A stretch of DNA of 63,975 nucleotides, the filler included, from Octopus bimaculoides (taxonomy: Eukaryota): the NCBI RefSeq assembly GCF_001194135.2. It is 6 parts of 5 records of this genome, joined end to end, with 100 filler letters (N's around TTAATTAATTAA, not from the genome) between each part and the next. Parts side by side here need not be neighbours in the genome. Positions count along the whole stretch, not along the records: positions 62,938 to 63,975 come from NW_026317094.1; 5 more parts are not named here. The stretch is one strand, 5' to 3'. The notes beneath the pieces are model-generated. The model worked only from the letters and a program-made list of their open reading frames with translations. It ran no database searches and was not told where the DNA came from. Below are positions 63,911 to 63,975 of this stretch, one piece after another (position 1 is the first letter of the stretch; every line of letters starts with the position of its first letter). Position numbers and translations under genes: made by a program.

Positions 63911-63975
63911 AACAGAAGTAATACAAACATCAATAATAATAATAACAATAATAATAATAATAATAATAATAATAA

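Overview
Eukaryotic, AT-rich draft-assembly sequence dense in microsatellites. The SINE, RTE, R4/Dong, Penelope and Tc1/mariner families I recognise suggest a cephalopod, probably Octopus (inference, no database search run). No intact protein-coding gene, rRNA, tRNA or CRISPR array is evident, and most ORF-track entries are microsatellite or N-gap read-throughs. The window is six blocks joined by five identical 100-nt artificial gaps (N44-TTAATTAATTAA-N44), so adjacency across those joins is not trustworthy. An Illumina adapter remnant is also present. The content is mostly decayed transposons: CR1/L2-like, RTE, R4/Dong and Penelope-like retroelements, several tRNA-derived SINE families, Tc1, mariner, piggyBac-like and Helitron relics, and MITEs. 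Best observations: (1) a base-resolvable triple nesting of a Helitron inside a SINE inside an RTE LINE; (2) a near-perfect 263-bp palindrome; (3) a perfect 158-bp inverted duplication of non-microsatellite sequence; (4) a LINE split by a local inversion; (5) five head-to-tail SINEs at (TAA)n sites alongside TAA-associated R4/Dong LINEs; (6) a CpG-decayed block carrying two candidate exons of an unidentified gene; (7) hammerhead-ribozyme core remnants in Penelope-like termini. I cannot support a claim of a new multi-gene system. Boundaries of decayed repeats are approximate.
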